NCBI GenBank assembly: GCA_039815185.1
Contig: JBCBZT010000020.1
Span: forward strand, 1 to 64,000
Length of the DNA: 64,000 nucleotides
Source of the DNA: Cyanobacteria bacterium P01_A01_bin.123
GTDB taxonomy: Bacteria > Cyanobacteriota > Cyanobacteriia > Phormidesmidales > Phormidesmidaceae
Direction of reading: 5' to 3'
Part shown: positions 20,682 to 32,200 of the stretch, piece by piece
How positions within the stretch are numbered: the stretch's first letter is position 1
Layout: each line of letters starts with the position of its first letter
Translations under genes and position numbers: made by a program
The notes under the pieces: generated by a model
Told to the model about the DNA's origin: nothing
Database searches by the model: none
Seen by the model: only the letters and a program-made list of their open reading frames with translations

Positions 20682-21875
20682 TTAATCGATTTCAATCGTG
20701 GCGGTAATCTGCAAATTAGTAAGCCCTGCCGCTTTCTGACTAGATGCTTCATCCAACCGGATGTGAACCTCAATGACTTTGGCATCAATGTTGGCGGCCG
20801 GATCTTCATCGACGACCTGCTGTTGTCCAACCTGTAGACCAATTCGCTCGACAGTTCCCTGGAGCACGCCCGAAATCACAGGGGTTGTAATTTCAGCAGC
20901 TTGGCCAGGCTGCACTTCACTAATATCGTTTTGATACACTTCAGCAATTGCGATCATCTGCTGGGTCTGCCCGAGAGTCGCAACTCCCTCGTCAGCGATG
21001 GTTTCGCCGGGCTGGGTATGAATTTCGATAATTTGACCCGCGCTGGGCGATCGCACATAGGCCTGATCTAAATCAGCTTGGGCTTCAGCAACGGCTGCGA
21101 TCGCAGATTGCACCTCCGCTTCAGCCGCCGCTACATCTACCGGACGCACTTCCTCAATTTGATCGAGTGTGGCACGGGCCTGGGCGATTTGCTCTCGACT
21201 GGTGGTCTGAATCCGATTCAACGCGGCCTCGGCTTCCTGGAGTTGCCGTTGAGCGGTGGTGTAAGTGAGTTGCTTGGCATCCCGCTCGGAGGCAGAAATT
21301 GCGCCTCGCTGATACAGCGATTCGTTGCGTTGATATTCAATCCGAGCATTTTGCACCTCTGCTTCTAGGCGAGCGACGGTGGCCTGCTGAGTACTCAAGT
21401 TGCCTACCTGATCAGCCTCTAGTCGAGCGATCTCAGCCCGTTGCGCCTGAATTTCACCGGACTGTGCCCCGGCCTCTACCTGTGCTAGCTGGGTTCGAGC
21501 GATCTGTACTTGTTCTTTAGCTTGCTGTAGAGAGGCCTGCAGGCGATCGCGGTTATCCAAAATGGCAATGGTTTGTCCGGCCTCAACGCGATCGCCCTCT
21601 TTGACCAAGAGTTGATCAATTCGACTTTCTTGGGTGGAAGTCGGTGCCGTCAGGTTGATGGTCTCCCCCTCTGGCTCCAGCCGTCCTAAGGCCGTCACGG
21701 TAGGGATGACAGGTGCAGTTGAGACCTCCGTTTGCGCATCCCTAACTTGGGCAGATTGCCAACCCCGCCAGATCGTAAAGCCAGCCACACCCAGAATCAC
21801 CACACCCAACAACACCAGCCAACGAGGCGGCGATTTTGCCCATGTGATCTGGCGACTCAGTGCTTCCGAATTCAT
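20682..21875 (-). CDS. devB: DevB-family membrane fusion protein
   Basis: N-terminal TM, VTALGRLEPEG, long coiled coil, AEVYQNDI; first gene of devBCA. Confidence 0.9.
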   Translation of the reverse strand: MNSEALSRQITWAKSPPRWLVLLGVVILGVAGFTIWRGWQSAQVRDAQTEVSTAPVIPTVTALGRLEPEGETINLTAPTSTQESRIDQLLVKEGDRVEAGQTIAILDNRDRLQASLQQAKEQVQIARTQLAQVEAGAQSGEIQAQRAEIARLEADQVGNLSTQQATVARLEAEVQNARIEYQRNESLYQRGAISASERDAKQLTYTTAQRQLQEAEAALNRIQTTSREQIAQARATLDQIEEVRPVDVAAAEAEVQSAIAAVAEAQADLDQAYVRSPSAGQIIEIHTQPGETIADEGVATLGQTQQMIAIAEVYQNDISEVQPGQAAEITTPVISGVLQGTVERIGLQVGQQQVVDEDPAANIDAKVIEVHIRLDEASSQKAAGLTNLQITATIEID

Positions 21876-21907
21876 AGACGTCTCCTGACTAGAAAAGGCT
21901 ATATTTT

Positions 21908-21935
21908 ATTTTACTAAACGGTTTAGTAATGTCAA
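21908..21935 (-). promoter_or_regulatory. sigma70-type promoter of devBCA overlapped by a palindromic TetR-type operator
   Basis: Minus strand TTGACA-16nt-TAAAAT; palindrome TTACTAAAC-G-GTTTAGTAA at 21911-21929; identical core at 33906-33924. Confidence 0.8.
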
Positions 21936-22032
21936 CTGCGCAACTGATTATCAGCAGCGTCCAAACCTCGTCAGGGTTCAATCGCCATTCGCTATGATCG
22001 CTAACTGTGGTCTTGAGGGGTTGTTCTCCGTC

Positions 22033-23109
22033 ATGTTGTCAGATCTAAAATTGCCAGGATGGCTCAAGTTTGGGCTCATCCTACCCCTTGTTTTTATCGA
22101 TGGCTGGTTGATAGTTCTGCTCTGCCAATATTTCCAGCCAATTACCAGCATGGTTATCTTCGCCAGTTTGCTAGCTTTCTTGCTGGAATTTCCCGTTGTG
22201 TTTTTAGAAAAACGAGGGTTAGGCAGAGGCTGGGCCATTTCCCTAGTGCTGATATTGGCACTGGTCTTGGTCAGCATTATCAGCTTGATCTTAGGTCCGT
22301 TGATCTTTCAGCAGTTGGTTGATTTTGCCAATCGCCTGCCTGTCTGGCTAGAAAAGGTCGATCAACAGCTCCAACTTTTCAATGACCAGAGCGTCGTGCA
22401 AAATCTGCCTCTAGATTTGGGTGATCTCTCCACTCAACTCATCCAACAGATCTCAACAACATTGAAGTCTTTGACGAGTCAACTCATCAGCCTTACCGTT
22501 GAAACCATCAGCAGCACTGTTAATCTGCTGATTACGCTGATCCTATCCCTCTTGCTGGTCATCTTTGGCCCCGATCTTTGGCGGGGTCTCCTGACCTGGC
22601 TGCCCACTTTGTGGCGCGATCGCATTCAAGTTGTGCTTCAATCCAGCTTGCAAAATTATTTTGCCGGTCAAGCGATTATTGCTTTGCTGCTGGGTGCAGT
22701 GCTATCGATGGCGTTTACAGTGTTACAGATTCCTTTTGGTTTGCTGTTTGGAGTCGTGATCGGCATTTTTAGTGTGATTCCCTTTGGGGGGACGATTAGC
22801 ATTCTGTTGGTCAGTGGACTGCTTGCATTTCAAAGTCCATGGCTGGGCTTAAAGGTATTGGTGACCGCCATTCTTCTTGGCCAGATCAATGAGAATGTGG
22901 TTGCCCCCCGTTTGATTGGTGGGATGACCGGTGTCAATCCAGCTGTCGTGCTGATTGCGGTGTTGATGGGCGCAAAAGTGGCTGGATTTCTGGGATTATT
23001 ACTGGCAGTGCCCACCGCTAGCTTTATCAAGCGCATCGGTGATGTCATGCGTAGTCCCGAGAGCGCTGAAGCTAAGCCGTTGAGCCCTAGTGTAGCGGCG
23101 AAAACTTAA
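22033..23109 (+). CDS. AI-2E (PerM-like) family transporter
   Basis: Multiple TM segments, YFAGQAII, IPFGG, ENVVAPRLIG, GFLGLLLAVP. Confidence 0.88.
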   Translation: MLSDLKLPGWLKFGLILPLVFIDGWLIVLLCQYFQPITSMVIFASLLAFLLEFPVVFLEKRGLGRGWAISLVLILALVLVSIISLILGPLIFQQLVDFANRLPVWLEKVDQQLQLFNDQSVVQNLPLDLGDLSTQLIQQISTTLKSLTSQLISLTVETISSTVNLLITLILSLLLVIFGPDLWRGLLTWLPTLWRDRIQVVLQSSLQNYFAGQAIIALLLGAVLSMAFTVLQIPFGLLFGVVIGIFSVIPFGGTISILLVSGLLAFQSPWLGLKVLVTAILLGQINENVVAPRLIGGMTGVNPAVVLIAVLMGAKVAGFLGLLLAVPTASFIKRIGDVMRSPESAEAKPLSPSVAAKT

Positions 23110-23151
23110 TAACGCCGAAGCAACTAGGCTAGCCCAAACGACAAGTGGGAT

Positions 23152-26100
23152 TTACGAAACAGCCTTGGGATTGTTGGGGGTGAGCTGTAAGTACAGCCCC
23201 GGTACGACTAACAGCGCAATTAGCGTTGCCGACAACAACCCAAAAATAATGGCCATACAGAGTGGAAACCATTGGGCATCACTCAGTGCCAAGGGTATTA
23301 GACCAATGATAGTGGTGATAGAGGTCGTCAAAATGGGTCGCAGGCGATCGCTGGCCCCCGTTGCCGCGGCGTGACGCACATCCAGTCCTTGCCTCCGGCG
23401 TTCGTTCATGGTTTCGACCATTACAATTGCATCATTCACCACGATTCCCACCAGGGCAATCACACCAATCATTGCCGGGAAAGAGAAAGATAACCCCAGC
23501 AAGAAAAATCCCAGCAGTGTACCAATCAAGGCAAAGGGAATAGTGAGAATAATAATCACAGGTTGGGTATAGGAGCCAAACTGGAGCACCAGAACAGCAA
23601 ATACCAAGAAAATTGCGACTACTAGCATCTGCCCAGCAGAACCAAAGGTTTCACTGCTGGTATCAGCATCGCCACCAAAGCGGTAGGTATATCCCCTGGG
23701 CCAGCGGTTGGCATTGGCCTCATCACTCAGGCTCGGGTCATACTGCATAGCGGCCAGTTGGGGTGTTAGCTCAGCCAAGATTTCGGTGTCGTAATAGTCC
23801 TGTCCAGGAATCACCTTGGCCAGCACCGTCACACTGCGCTGGGTATTACGGTGAGTAATCGAGAGCGGAACTGCCCCCTGCACTGGCTCCAACAGCGCCT
23901 CGGCGGGTAGCGCCTCGCCGTCGGCGGTGATGAAGCGCATCGTGGCAAATTCATCCAGGCGGGAAGGGCCACCAATGTTGCCCTGTTGGGATGGCCAGCG
24001 AGTGCTCAGGCGAATTTCTAGATCCTCTTCACCGCTACCGACCGAAAAGTCACCCACCTCGTTATCGATCATCAAGTAGCGCCCCTGCAAGCCCAAATCG
24101 TCCTGGCTGATGCCATAGAAATCGAGGGCTTCTCGTTTGGGTACCAGCTTGTAATCTTCTCGCAAATTGCCCAGATCATCCCGCACATCCGTAGTTCCCG
24201 GAATCTCTCGCAGGGACTGCTGCACCTGGCTAGAAATCTCTCTCAGAGTTTGTAAGTCTTCACCAAAAATCTCTATCTGGATGGGATCGGCCCCGCCACC
24301 AGACAAGGGGTAAGCCGCACTCAAAACTGCTCCTGGGTAATTGCGAATGATGTCTTTTTCCAAGGTGGGTTGCAGATCGCTCACATATTCATAGGATTCG
24401 CGTGCTCGCTGGTCGCGATCGACAAACACTGCCGATAGGCCCACAAAGTAATCAGCGTTGCCCGGTTTAATTTCACTAGAGGCCACCAGATTACTGCGCT
24501 GCCCCACCAGCTTGACTACGCTTTCAAAGACCTTGTCACCATCAGGATCACTATAGTTACGCACCACTTCACCCATCCGATCTGCCACTTCCTGAGAAGT
24601 TTCCAGGGTGGCGGCTGGGGGCAGTTCCACATTCAGGCTGAGTTTATTGTCATCACTGACGGCAAATAGAGAGCTTGGCAGTTGACTAAACAAAATGACA
24701 GCGCAGACAAACAAACCAATAGCACCGGCTGTCCATAGGCGGGCCACATGACGATTAAGTATGGTAATACGTAAACTCCACTGGGAAAATCGCTCGGAGG
24801 CTGCTTCAGTGAGGCGATCAACGTAGGTTTTGGACTCGGTACCGCCGCCCTGGTTATTCAGGAGAAATTTAGACAGGGGCACCACCGCCAACAGTGCTAG
24901 CGTATAGCTCATCACCAGACAGGTAATCGCACTAATCGGAATCAGGCGAATATACTTGCCCAGAGTACCCGAGATCGCCATCAGCGGGGCCATCGCCAAG
25001 ATGGTGGTGAGCTGTCCCGTGAAAGCCGGCGAAGCATAGGTTTGAACAGTTTTAATGGCTGCCTTGGGAAAACTTAGCCCCTGCACAAAGATGCCATCAT
25101 GCAGACCCTCTAACATGAGGATAAACACATCCACTAACAGCCCCAATGCCAGGATCATCCCTACGGTGACCATGGTATTGAGGGTATAGCCCAACATCCA
25201 CAGGATAAACAGCACCCCTGCAAACGTCATCGGAATCGCTAAGCCTGCAATCAGGGCCTCTCGCCAGGTCAGCGCAACAAACAAAATTGCAAAGACCAAT
25301 AACGAGGCCTGCAGCACGTTGCTCCCCAGGTTCGCCAAATCGGAACGAATTGTATTGGCGTCATTGTTGAGTACCTGATACTCCATGCCATAGGGCCAGA
25401 TACTGGGATCCTCACGGGCCAGCTCCATATCTGCTAGGACATCATCAATCACTTGGATGGTATCGCTGCCAGCGACTTTCACCACCTCTAGGTTGATAGT
25501 GGGGCTAAATTCACTGCCTTGCCAGCTCAAAAAAGCTCGCTGCGTTTCGCGCTCTAGCCCCTGGGAAACTTCTGCCACCTCCGACAGCAGTACAACTCGA
25601 CTATCGTCCAAACGAGTAACAGGAAGATTCCTTAAATCCTCCAGAGTGCGAAAACGGCCATACAGACGCACTTGTGCCCCAATTTCATCGTCGCGCACCA
25701 GATCCCAGGACGTATCAATATTGCCCCCTTGGATTGCATTACGAACCTGAGTTGCTGAAATCCCCAACGTGGTTAACCGGCTGGGAATCATCTGTACGTG
25801 AATGACTTCGTCGCGCTGACCACCCAGATTGACCTCCCGGACGTTTTTGACTGACTCCAGTCGTTCTTGAAGGTCTTCAGCCGCTTGACTCAGTAAAACA
25901 ATGTCTAGCCCTTCTCCGCTCAGGGCCAGGGTTAGAACCGGTGCATCTTGCTGAGACAATTGCTCAAAGGCAGGTTTTTCTCGCCCGGTTGATTCTTCAG
26001 GAAGTTCGGATTCGCCATCATCCACTTTGCCCCGCAACTCTTGAATCGATTCAGCTACAGGGGCCTCAGCCTTAAAAGCCACGTTGATGATCGAAAAAGA

Positions 26101-26430
26101 ATTAAAGGTAGCACTGGTAAAGTCATCCAGTCCTTGAAGACTTTTGATTTCTTCTTCAAGCTTGTCTGTGACCTGATTTTCGATGGTTTCTGCATCGGTG
26201 CCACCCCAGGTGGTGGTGATCATGGCGCGGGCAATTTTGATCTCTGGATCGCCTTCTTTCACCATCGAAAAATAGCCCATCAGGCCACCCATCAACAGCA
26301 TAAAGCACAGGAGAATAGCAAAAATCTGACGGGTAAAAAAGAATTCCATCCAGGCCGGAGCCTGCTGCTCCTGGGTTCCGGCGATGACTTCAGGCACCTC
26401 GGTCGGGGTGGGTCGGTCGTCAATTTTCAC
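23152..26430 (-). CDS. RND-family efflux permease, paralog 1
   Basis: 1092 aa; IENQVTDKLEE, LGLLVD, QFGSYTQP, RLRPILTTS; duplicated TM/periplasmic architecture. Confidence 0.92.
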   Translation of the reverse strand: MKIDDRPTPTEVPEVIAGTQEQQAPAWMEFFFTRQIFAILLCFMLLMGGLMGYFSMVKEGDPEIKIARAMITTTWGGTDAETIENQVTDKLEEEIKSLQGLDDFTSATFNSFSIINVAFKAEAPVAESIQELRGKVDDGESELPEESTGREKPAFEQLSQQDAPVLTLALSGEGLDIVLLSQAAEDLQERLESVKNVREVNLGGQRDEVIHVQMIPSRLTTLGISATQVRNAIQGGNIDTSWDLVRDDEIGAQVRLYGRFRTLEDLRNLPVTRLDDSRVVLLSEVAEVSQGLERETQRAFLSWQGSEFSPTINLEVVKVAGSDTIQVIDDVLADMELAREDPSIWPYGMEYQVLNNDANTIRSDLANLGSNVLQASLLVFAILFVALTWREALIAGLAIPMTFAGVLFILWMLGYTLNTMVTVGMILALGLLVDVFILMLEGLHDGIFVQGLSFPKAAIKTVQTYASPAFTGQLTTILAMAPLMAISGTLGKYIRLIPISAITCLVMSYTLALLAVVPLSKFLLNNQGGGTESKTYVDRLTEAASERFSQWSLRITILNRHVARLWTAGAIGLFVCAVILFSQLPSSLFAVSDDNKLSLNVELPPAATLETSQEVADRMGEVVRNYSDPDGDKVFESVVKLVGQRSNLVASSEIKPGNADYFVGLSAVFVDRDQRARESYEYVSDLQPTLEKDIIRNYPGAVLSAAYPLSGGGADPIQIEIFGEDLQTLREISSQVQQSLREIPGTTDVRDDLGNLREDYKLVPKREALDFYGISQDDLGLQGRYLMIDNEVGDFSVGSGEEDLEIRLSTRWPSQQGNIGGPSRLDEFATMRFITADGEALPAEALLEPVQGAVPLSITHRNTQRSVTVLAKVIPGQDYYDTEILAELTPQLAAMQYDPSLSDEANANRWPRGYTYRFGGDADTSSETFGSAGQMLVVAIFLVFAVLVLQFGSYTQPVIIILTIPFALIGTLLGFFLLGLSFSFPAMIGVIALVGIVVNDAIVMVETMNERRRQGLDVRHAAATGASDRLRPILTTSITTIIGLIPLALSDAQWFPLCMAIIFGLLSATLIALLVVPGLYLQLTPNNPKAVS

Positions 26431-27950
26431 GGCACAGTCTCCTGATTAACCACCTCAACGGGTGCGCCATCGACTAAGCGATTTTGGCCTTCGATTACAA
26501 CCAGCTCACCGGGTTCAACCCCCGATAGAATTTCAACCCCGGATAGGCCCTCAATACCTGGGGTAACCCGGCGACGTTGGACGGTACCATCGGCTTCATT
26601 AACGACAAAGGCATAAACCTGTTGATTTCTAGGGAGCAAAGCCCCTAAGGGAAGCACAACAGCATCACTTTCAGCCGCGACTTCAATCCAGACATAAACT
26701 CGCCCCCCCACTTTCAGGTTGCGCACCGTTTGCAAGTCTCGAATGCTCACTTCCGTCCCTCGGCTACCGGGGGTTTGTGATGGGCTAACGGCAAAGACGG
26801 TCCCTTCACTGCCGCGCTGCTGAGCAATATCAAGTAGGGTTTGACGCGTTGCCCCTGCAGCTTGGGCTGCACTCACCTCTTCTTCCAAGACAACATAGAC
26901 TCGCTGTCCAGAACGAATGTCTCCTGCACCATCTGCCTGGATCTCTAGTTCTACCTCAAACGATTGTGGATCCATGACTACAATGGGGGCCGTCTCAATC
27001 AAATCCTGAGCGCTACTAGTGTTTAGGTATTGCGTGCTCCAATATTCACCTTCTCGAATGTTGATGTAGGCCACAATGCCGTTGAGAGGAGACACAAGCT
27101 GGGTGTCTTCCAAATCAACGGCAGTCTGATTTAACCGGGCGCGGGATGACGCAACCATGGCATCAGAAGACTGCACACCCTCTTGGGCAGACCGCACATC
27201 TTGCTGGGCTGTTCTGAGGGCTGCTTCGGCTTGGGCAACGCGGTTTTGATACGTATCGCGATCGCTTTCTGAAACGGCACCTTGATCAAACAATTCTTGA
27301 TAGCGTTGCAACTCAGTTTGAGCCAAAGCTAGATCTGATTCTGCCCCGTCTAAACTTGCCCGGGATTGCAACAGAGCAGCTTCTGATTGATTGCGCTGAT
27401 TCACTGACACCTGGATATCCGCTTCTGCCGTCTCAATACTGGAGACCTGTCTGCGGGCATCAATGGTCGCCAGCAGTTGCCCTTGAGAGACAAAATCCCC
27501 TTCCCTGAGTTCAACCCCATCGATTTTTGCCACATAGGTGATATCACCGCTAGCCTGAAAGTTCAGCACCCGCCGTCGCACTGGCCAAACAGTCCCTTCA
27601 TCGAACACCCATCCCTCGGCTACGCCTGTTTGGACTTTCACAACCCTTACCGGCAGGCGGACTTGGTCGCCTGTGGTTTCACTTGCGCCACGTTGGGAGG
27701 AGGACGTTAGTCGCTGATAAATTCTCCAACCCACAAAACCCATGACCACGAGCATAACCAGAACAATGGCTGGCCAGAGCGGTTTCTTGGGTTTGCGAAA
27801 GCTAGGGTGTGCACGGCTGCTGGGGGAGGTCGGCTGAGCCGTCTGCACACCAGTAATTTGTGCTTCTGGGGGCGAAGCCGCTGCTGTTGATTGTTCGCGA
27901 GGAAGATCAGATTCGCGAGGGAGATCAGAACTGAGGTTTTCGTGAGACAT
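26427..27950 (-). CDS. RND periplasmic adaptor (MFP), paralog 1
   Basis: N-terminal TM, lipoyl-like EGDFVSQGQLLA, coiled coil, VEILSGVEPGELVV; 4-bp overlap with the permease. Confidence 0.9.
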   Translation of the reverse strand: MSHENLSSDLPRESDLPREQSTAAASPPEAQITGVQTAQPTSPSSRAHPSFRKPKKPLWPAIVLVMLVVMGFVGWRIYQRLTSSSQRGASETTGDQVRLPVRVVKVQTGVAEGWVFDEGTVWPVRRRVLNFQASGDITYVAKIDGVELREGDFVSQGQLLATIDARRQVSSIETAEADIQVSVNQRNQSEAALLQSRASLDGAESDLALAQTELQRYQELFDQGAVSESDRDTYQNRVAQAEAALRTAQQDVRSAQEGVQSSDAMVASSRARLNQTAVDLEDTQLVSPLNGIVAYINIREGEYWSTQYLNTSSAQDLIETAPIVVMDPQSFEVELEIQADGAGDIRSGQRVYVVLEEEVSAAQAAGATRQTLLDIAQQRGSEGTVFAVSPSQTPGSRGTEVSIRDLQTVRNLKVGGRVYVWIEVAAESDAVVLPLGALLPRNQQVYAFVVNEADGTVQRRRVTPGIEGLSGVEILSGVEPGELVVIEGQNRLVDGAPVEVVNQETVP

Positions 27951-28217
27951 TACATTTTTGAGGTAACGACTATAAAACAAAACCGCTGAAGAATAATCTC
28001 TGGAGTCACCTTAGCAGCAAAAAATAAATGACTTCTGATTTGAAAACTGGATTCCAGGTTACGAAAAATTATGGATCTAGATTTGGATAAACTTGATCTA
28101 AGTAATCTAAATAAATATAACCAGATTTAATCGAATAAGGAGTGCGTACACTATGAATTTTCAAGAAATTTTAGGAAGCCTAACTATCCTTTAATTACTT
28201 GTTTAACAGGGATTGGT

Positions 28218-28850
28218 TTACTCCTTGGAATGTCCGAAAAGATAGTTTCCCACCAAAATTGCAATAAAGATTGCGGGGTACATCTGACCGATAATGGCCT
28301 CTAGATTAGTGAGCACTAGGGCATTTCACTAAGGGGGACAATGTCTCCATATCCCAACGTGGTAAGGGTTGTGAAGCTAAAGTGTAATGCCTTGAGGTAG
28401 GAGTCTTGAACAGCCAAAGGCGTAGAGAACGCATTGGCATCTAGGGTGGCCACCATGCCATAAAATAGCGACCAGACAAACCCAATCAGCAGATAGACAC
28501 TGAAGTCACCCCGTACCGTGTCCAGCGTGACTTCAGGAACTGAAAAGAGGTCTCGCCCAATCCAATAGACAGCACTGCCCAGATAGATGGCAAAAATAGC
28601 TTGGCGAACAGGCCAAATGGTTGGTTAAATTCGGGAATCCAATCTAGACTCGCACTGAGCCGAAGAACAAAGGCAATGACTGCAATCCCGGTATACACAG
28701 ACATTAGGAGTTTGGGTAAGGCAAAACTTCTGATAATCAAAATAATTGTGTATAGCAACAGCAAGGCCGAGAGAATACTGCCAATGCCTGCTTTGAAGAA
28801 AGGAGAGCGCAGGAAAGTTGTGATTAAAACAACAAGCAACTGGCGATATT
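28218..28850 (-). pseudogene. Potassium channel (2TM/Ion_trans_2-like) pseudogene
   Basis: FSFTTLTTLGYGDIVP selectivity filter (~28343-28363); single-base frameshifts near 28603 and 28323; 5' end replaced by AI-2E fragments. Confidence 0.8.
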
Positions 28851-29208
28851 ATGGTTATCTTCGCCAGTTTGCTAGCTTTCTTGCTGGAGTTTCCCGTTGT
28901 GTCTTTCAGCAGTTGGTTGATTTTGCTAGATTTCTGGGATTATTACTGGCAGTGCCCACCGCTAGCTTTATCAAGCGCATCGGTGACGTCATGCGTAGTC
29001 CCGAGAGCGCTGACGCTAAGCCATTGAGCCCTGTGTAGCGGCGGAAACTTAATAACGCTGAAGCAAACAGGCTAGCCCAAACGACAAGTGGGATTTACGA
29101 AACAGCCTTGGGATTGTTGGGGGTGAGCTGTAAGTACAGCCCCGGTACGACTAACAGCGCAATTAGCGTTGCCGACATCAGCCCCAAAATAATGGCCATA
29201 CAGAGTGG
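28850..29208 (+). repeat. Near-identical mosaic copy of AI-2E gene fragments, the intergenic spacer and the RND 3' end
   Basis: Matches 22150-22200, ~22304-22328 and 22985-23265 joined in order. Confidence 0.9.
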
Positions 29209-32200
29209 GTACCACCTAGCACTACTCAGGCCTAGGGGAATCAAACCCACTACAGTGGTAATTGATGTGGTTAAAATCGGCCGTAGGCGATCGCTGGCCC
29301 CAAATGCAGCGGCATGGCGGACATCCAAACCCTGCTTGCGACGTTCATTCATTGTTTCAACCATAACAATGGCATCGTTGACGACAATACCTGTCAGGGC
29401 AATCACACCAATCATCACCGGGAAAGAAAAAGATAAATTGAGCAAGAATAAGCCCATCAGGGTGCCAATCAAGGCAAAGGGAATGGTCATAATGATGATC
29501 ACAGGCTGGGTATAGGAGCCAAACTGGAGCACCAGCACCGCGAATACCAAGAAAATAGCCACCACCAGCATTTGGCCCGCAGACCCAAACGTTTCACTCG
29601 TCGTGTCAGAATCCCCCCCAAATCGGTAGGTGTATCCCCTCGGCCAACGGACTGCATTTTCTTCATCACTGAGGCTGGGGTCATACTGCATCGCCTCCAA
29701 TTGAGGGCCAAGCTCGGCTAAGATCACGCTGTCATAATAATCTTGACCGGGGATTACCTTAGCCAAGACCGTAACGCTCCGTTCCGTATTGCGATGGGTG
29801 ATCGACAGGGGAACAGCCCCTCGAACCGGCTCTAGCAAAGCATCCCCAGGAAGAACTTCGCCACTGGTCGTCACGAATCGCAGCGTCGCAAATTCATCCA
29901 GTCGAGAAGGCCCACCCACAGCACCCTGTTGGGAAGGCCACTGGGTACTGAGGCGAATATCTAGATCTTCTTCACCGCTGCCCAAGGCAAAGTCACCGAT
30001 GCTGTTATCTGTCATCAAGAAGCGTCCTTGAGCCCCTAAATCTTCTTGACTAATGTCATAGAAATCAAGCGCCTCTCGTTTAGGGACGAGTTTGAAGTCT
30101 TCGCGTAGGTTACCCAAATCATCTCGAACATCCATCGTGCCAGGGATCTCCCGCAGCGCTTGCTGCACCTGACTGGAAATTTGCCGGAGGATTTCTAAGT
30201 CTTCCCCATAGAGTTCAATTTGAACCGGATCTGCATCGTACTGAACGGCTAGCACCGCACCGGGGTAATCTCGCACGATAGTTTCGTCTAGGGTTTGCCT
30301 CAACCCATCAACATATTGAAAGGAATCTGAGGCCCGCTGATCGCGTTCGACAAACATCGCGGAAAGCCCGACAAAATAATCGGCACTTCCAGGCTTGAGT
30401 TCACTAGACCCGACGAGATTACTCCGCTGTCCTACCAGCTTGACCACGCTTTCAAACACCTTGTCGCCATTGGAGTCACTGTAGTTGCTAACAATCTCAC
30501 CCATGCGATCAGCAACTTCTTGAGACCGTTCGAGCGTGGCTGCTGGGGGTAGCTCCACGTTGATACTCAGCTTGCGGCTGTCAATCGCAGAAAACAAAGA
30601 GACTGGCAGTTGGGTAAACAGGATTACCGCACAGACAAACAAGGCAATTGGCCCCAGGGTCCACAGCCGAGCTACCTGACGATTGGCCACCGTGGTGCAT
30701 AAACTCCACTCAGCAAATTTTTCAGAAGCCGCTTCAGTCAAACGATCGATGAATGTTTTGGAATGGCTTCCCTGGGGACGCCCCAGAAGAAACTTAGACA
30801 AGGGAATAACCGCTAAAAGCGCAATAGCATAGCTCATCACGAGACAGGTAATTGCGCTGATGGGAACCAGGCGAATAAACTTGCCCATCGTGCCCGAAAT
30901 CGCCATCAGGGGAGCCATCGCCAAAATCGTTGTCAATTGCCCTGCAAAAGATGGCCCTGCATAAGTTCTAACCGTTTTGAGCGCTGCCTGGGAAAATCCT
31001 AAACCTTGCACAAAAATACCGTCATGGAGGCCCTCCAACATCAAAATGAAGACATCCACCAGCAATCCCAGCGACAAGATCATGCCCACCATCACCATGG
31101 TGTTCAAGGTGTAGCCCAATATCCACAGAACAAAAATGGCCCCTGCAAAGGTTAGCGGAATAGCCAAACCCGCTATCAACGCTTCTCGCCAGGTCAACGC
31201 TACAAACAAAATTGCAAAGACACATAGCGACGCCTGCAAGACATTTAGACCGAGGCCGGCAAGGTCAGCTTGAATCAAATCGGCATCATTGGTGAGAATC
31301 CGGTAATCCATACCGTAGGGCCAAATCTCAGGATCCTGGCGAGCATTTTCCATCGCGGCTAAGACATCATCAATCACCCTAATCGTGTCGCTACCGGCAA
31401 CTTTGACCATTTCTAGATTGATGGTGGGCCTAAACTCACTCCCCTGCCAGCTCAAAAACGCCCGGTTGGTTTCCCGTTCTAGTCCCCGATAGATCTCAGC
31501 TACTTCTCCTAAGCGAACCATGCGATTGTCGGTCAGTCGCACAATGGGTACATTTTCTAAGTCTTCTAGGGTGCGAAATCGGCCATACAACCGGACTTGA
31601 GCACCGATTTCATCGTCGCGGATCAAATCCCAGGAATTATCAATGTTGCTCCCTTGAATGGCATTCCTCACCTGGATTGTCGAAATTCCCAATGTCGTCA
31701 GCCGACTCGGGATCATCTGCACATGAATCACCTCTTCTCGCTGCCCCGCCAAATTGACTTCCCGGACATTGCTAACGGACTCTAATCGCACTTGTAAATC
31801 TTCAGCGGCTTGACTCAGCATGACCGTGTCTAACCCTTCTCCCGTTAGGGCCATCGTTAACACAGGGGTATCTTGTTCAGATAGCTGCTCAAATTCTGGG
31901 GCTTCCCGTCCGTCCGATTCTGAGGGTAGTTCGGGTTCAGCATCGTCCACTTTGCCCCTCAACTGCTGAATCGAATCGCCCACCGGAGCTTCAGCTTGGA
32001 AGGCAACATTAATAATCGAAACCGAATTGAAGGTGGCACTGGTGAAGTCGTCCAGTCCTTGGAGACTTTTAATTTGGTCTTCTATTTTGTCAGTCACCTG
32101 ATTTTCAATCGTTTCTGCATCTGTGCCACCCCAGGTGGTGGTGATCATGGCACGGGCAATTCTAATATCAGGATCGCCTTCTTTCACCATGGACAGATAG

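Noticed and set aside
27895..27930. 18-bp tandem duplication (SDLPRE x2) in MFP1
   Set aside because: In-frame slippage in a disordered N-terminus; unremarkable
28601..29038. 145-aa plus-strand ORF ending like the AI-2E transporter
   Set aside because: Chimeric read-through of antisense K-channel sequence and duplicated AI-2E fragments, not a real gene
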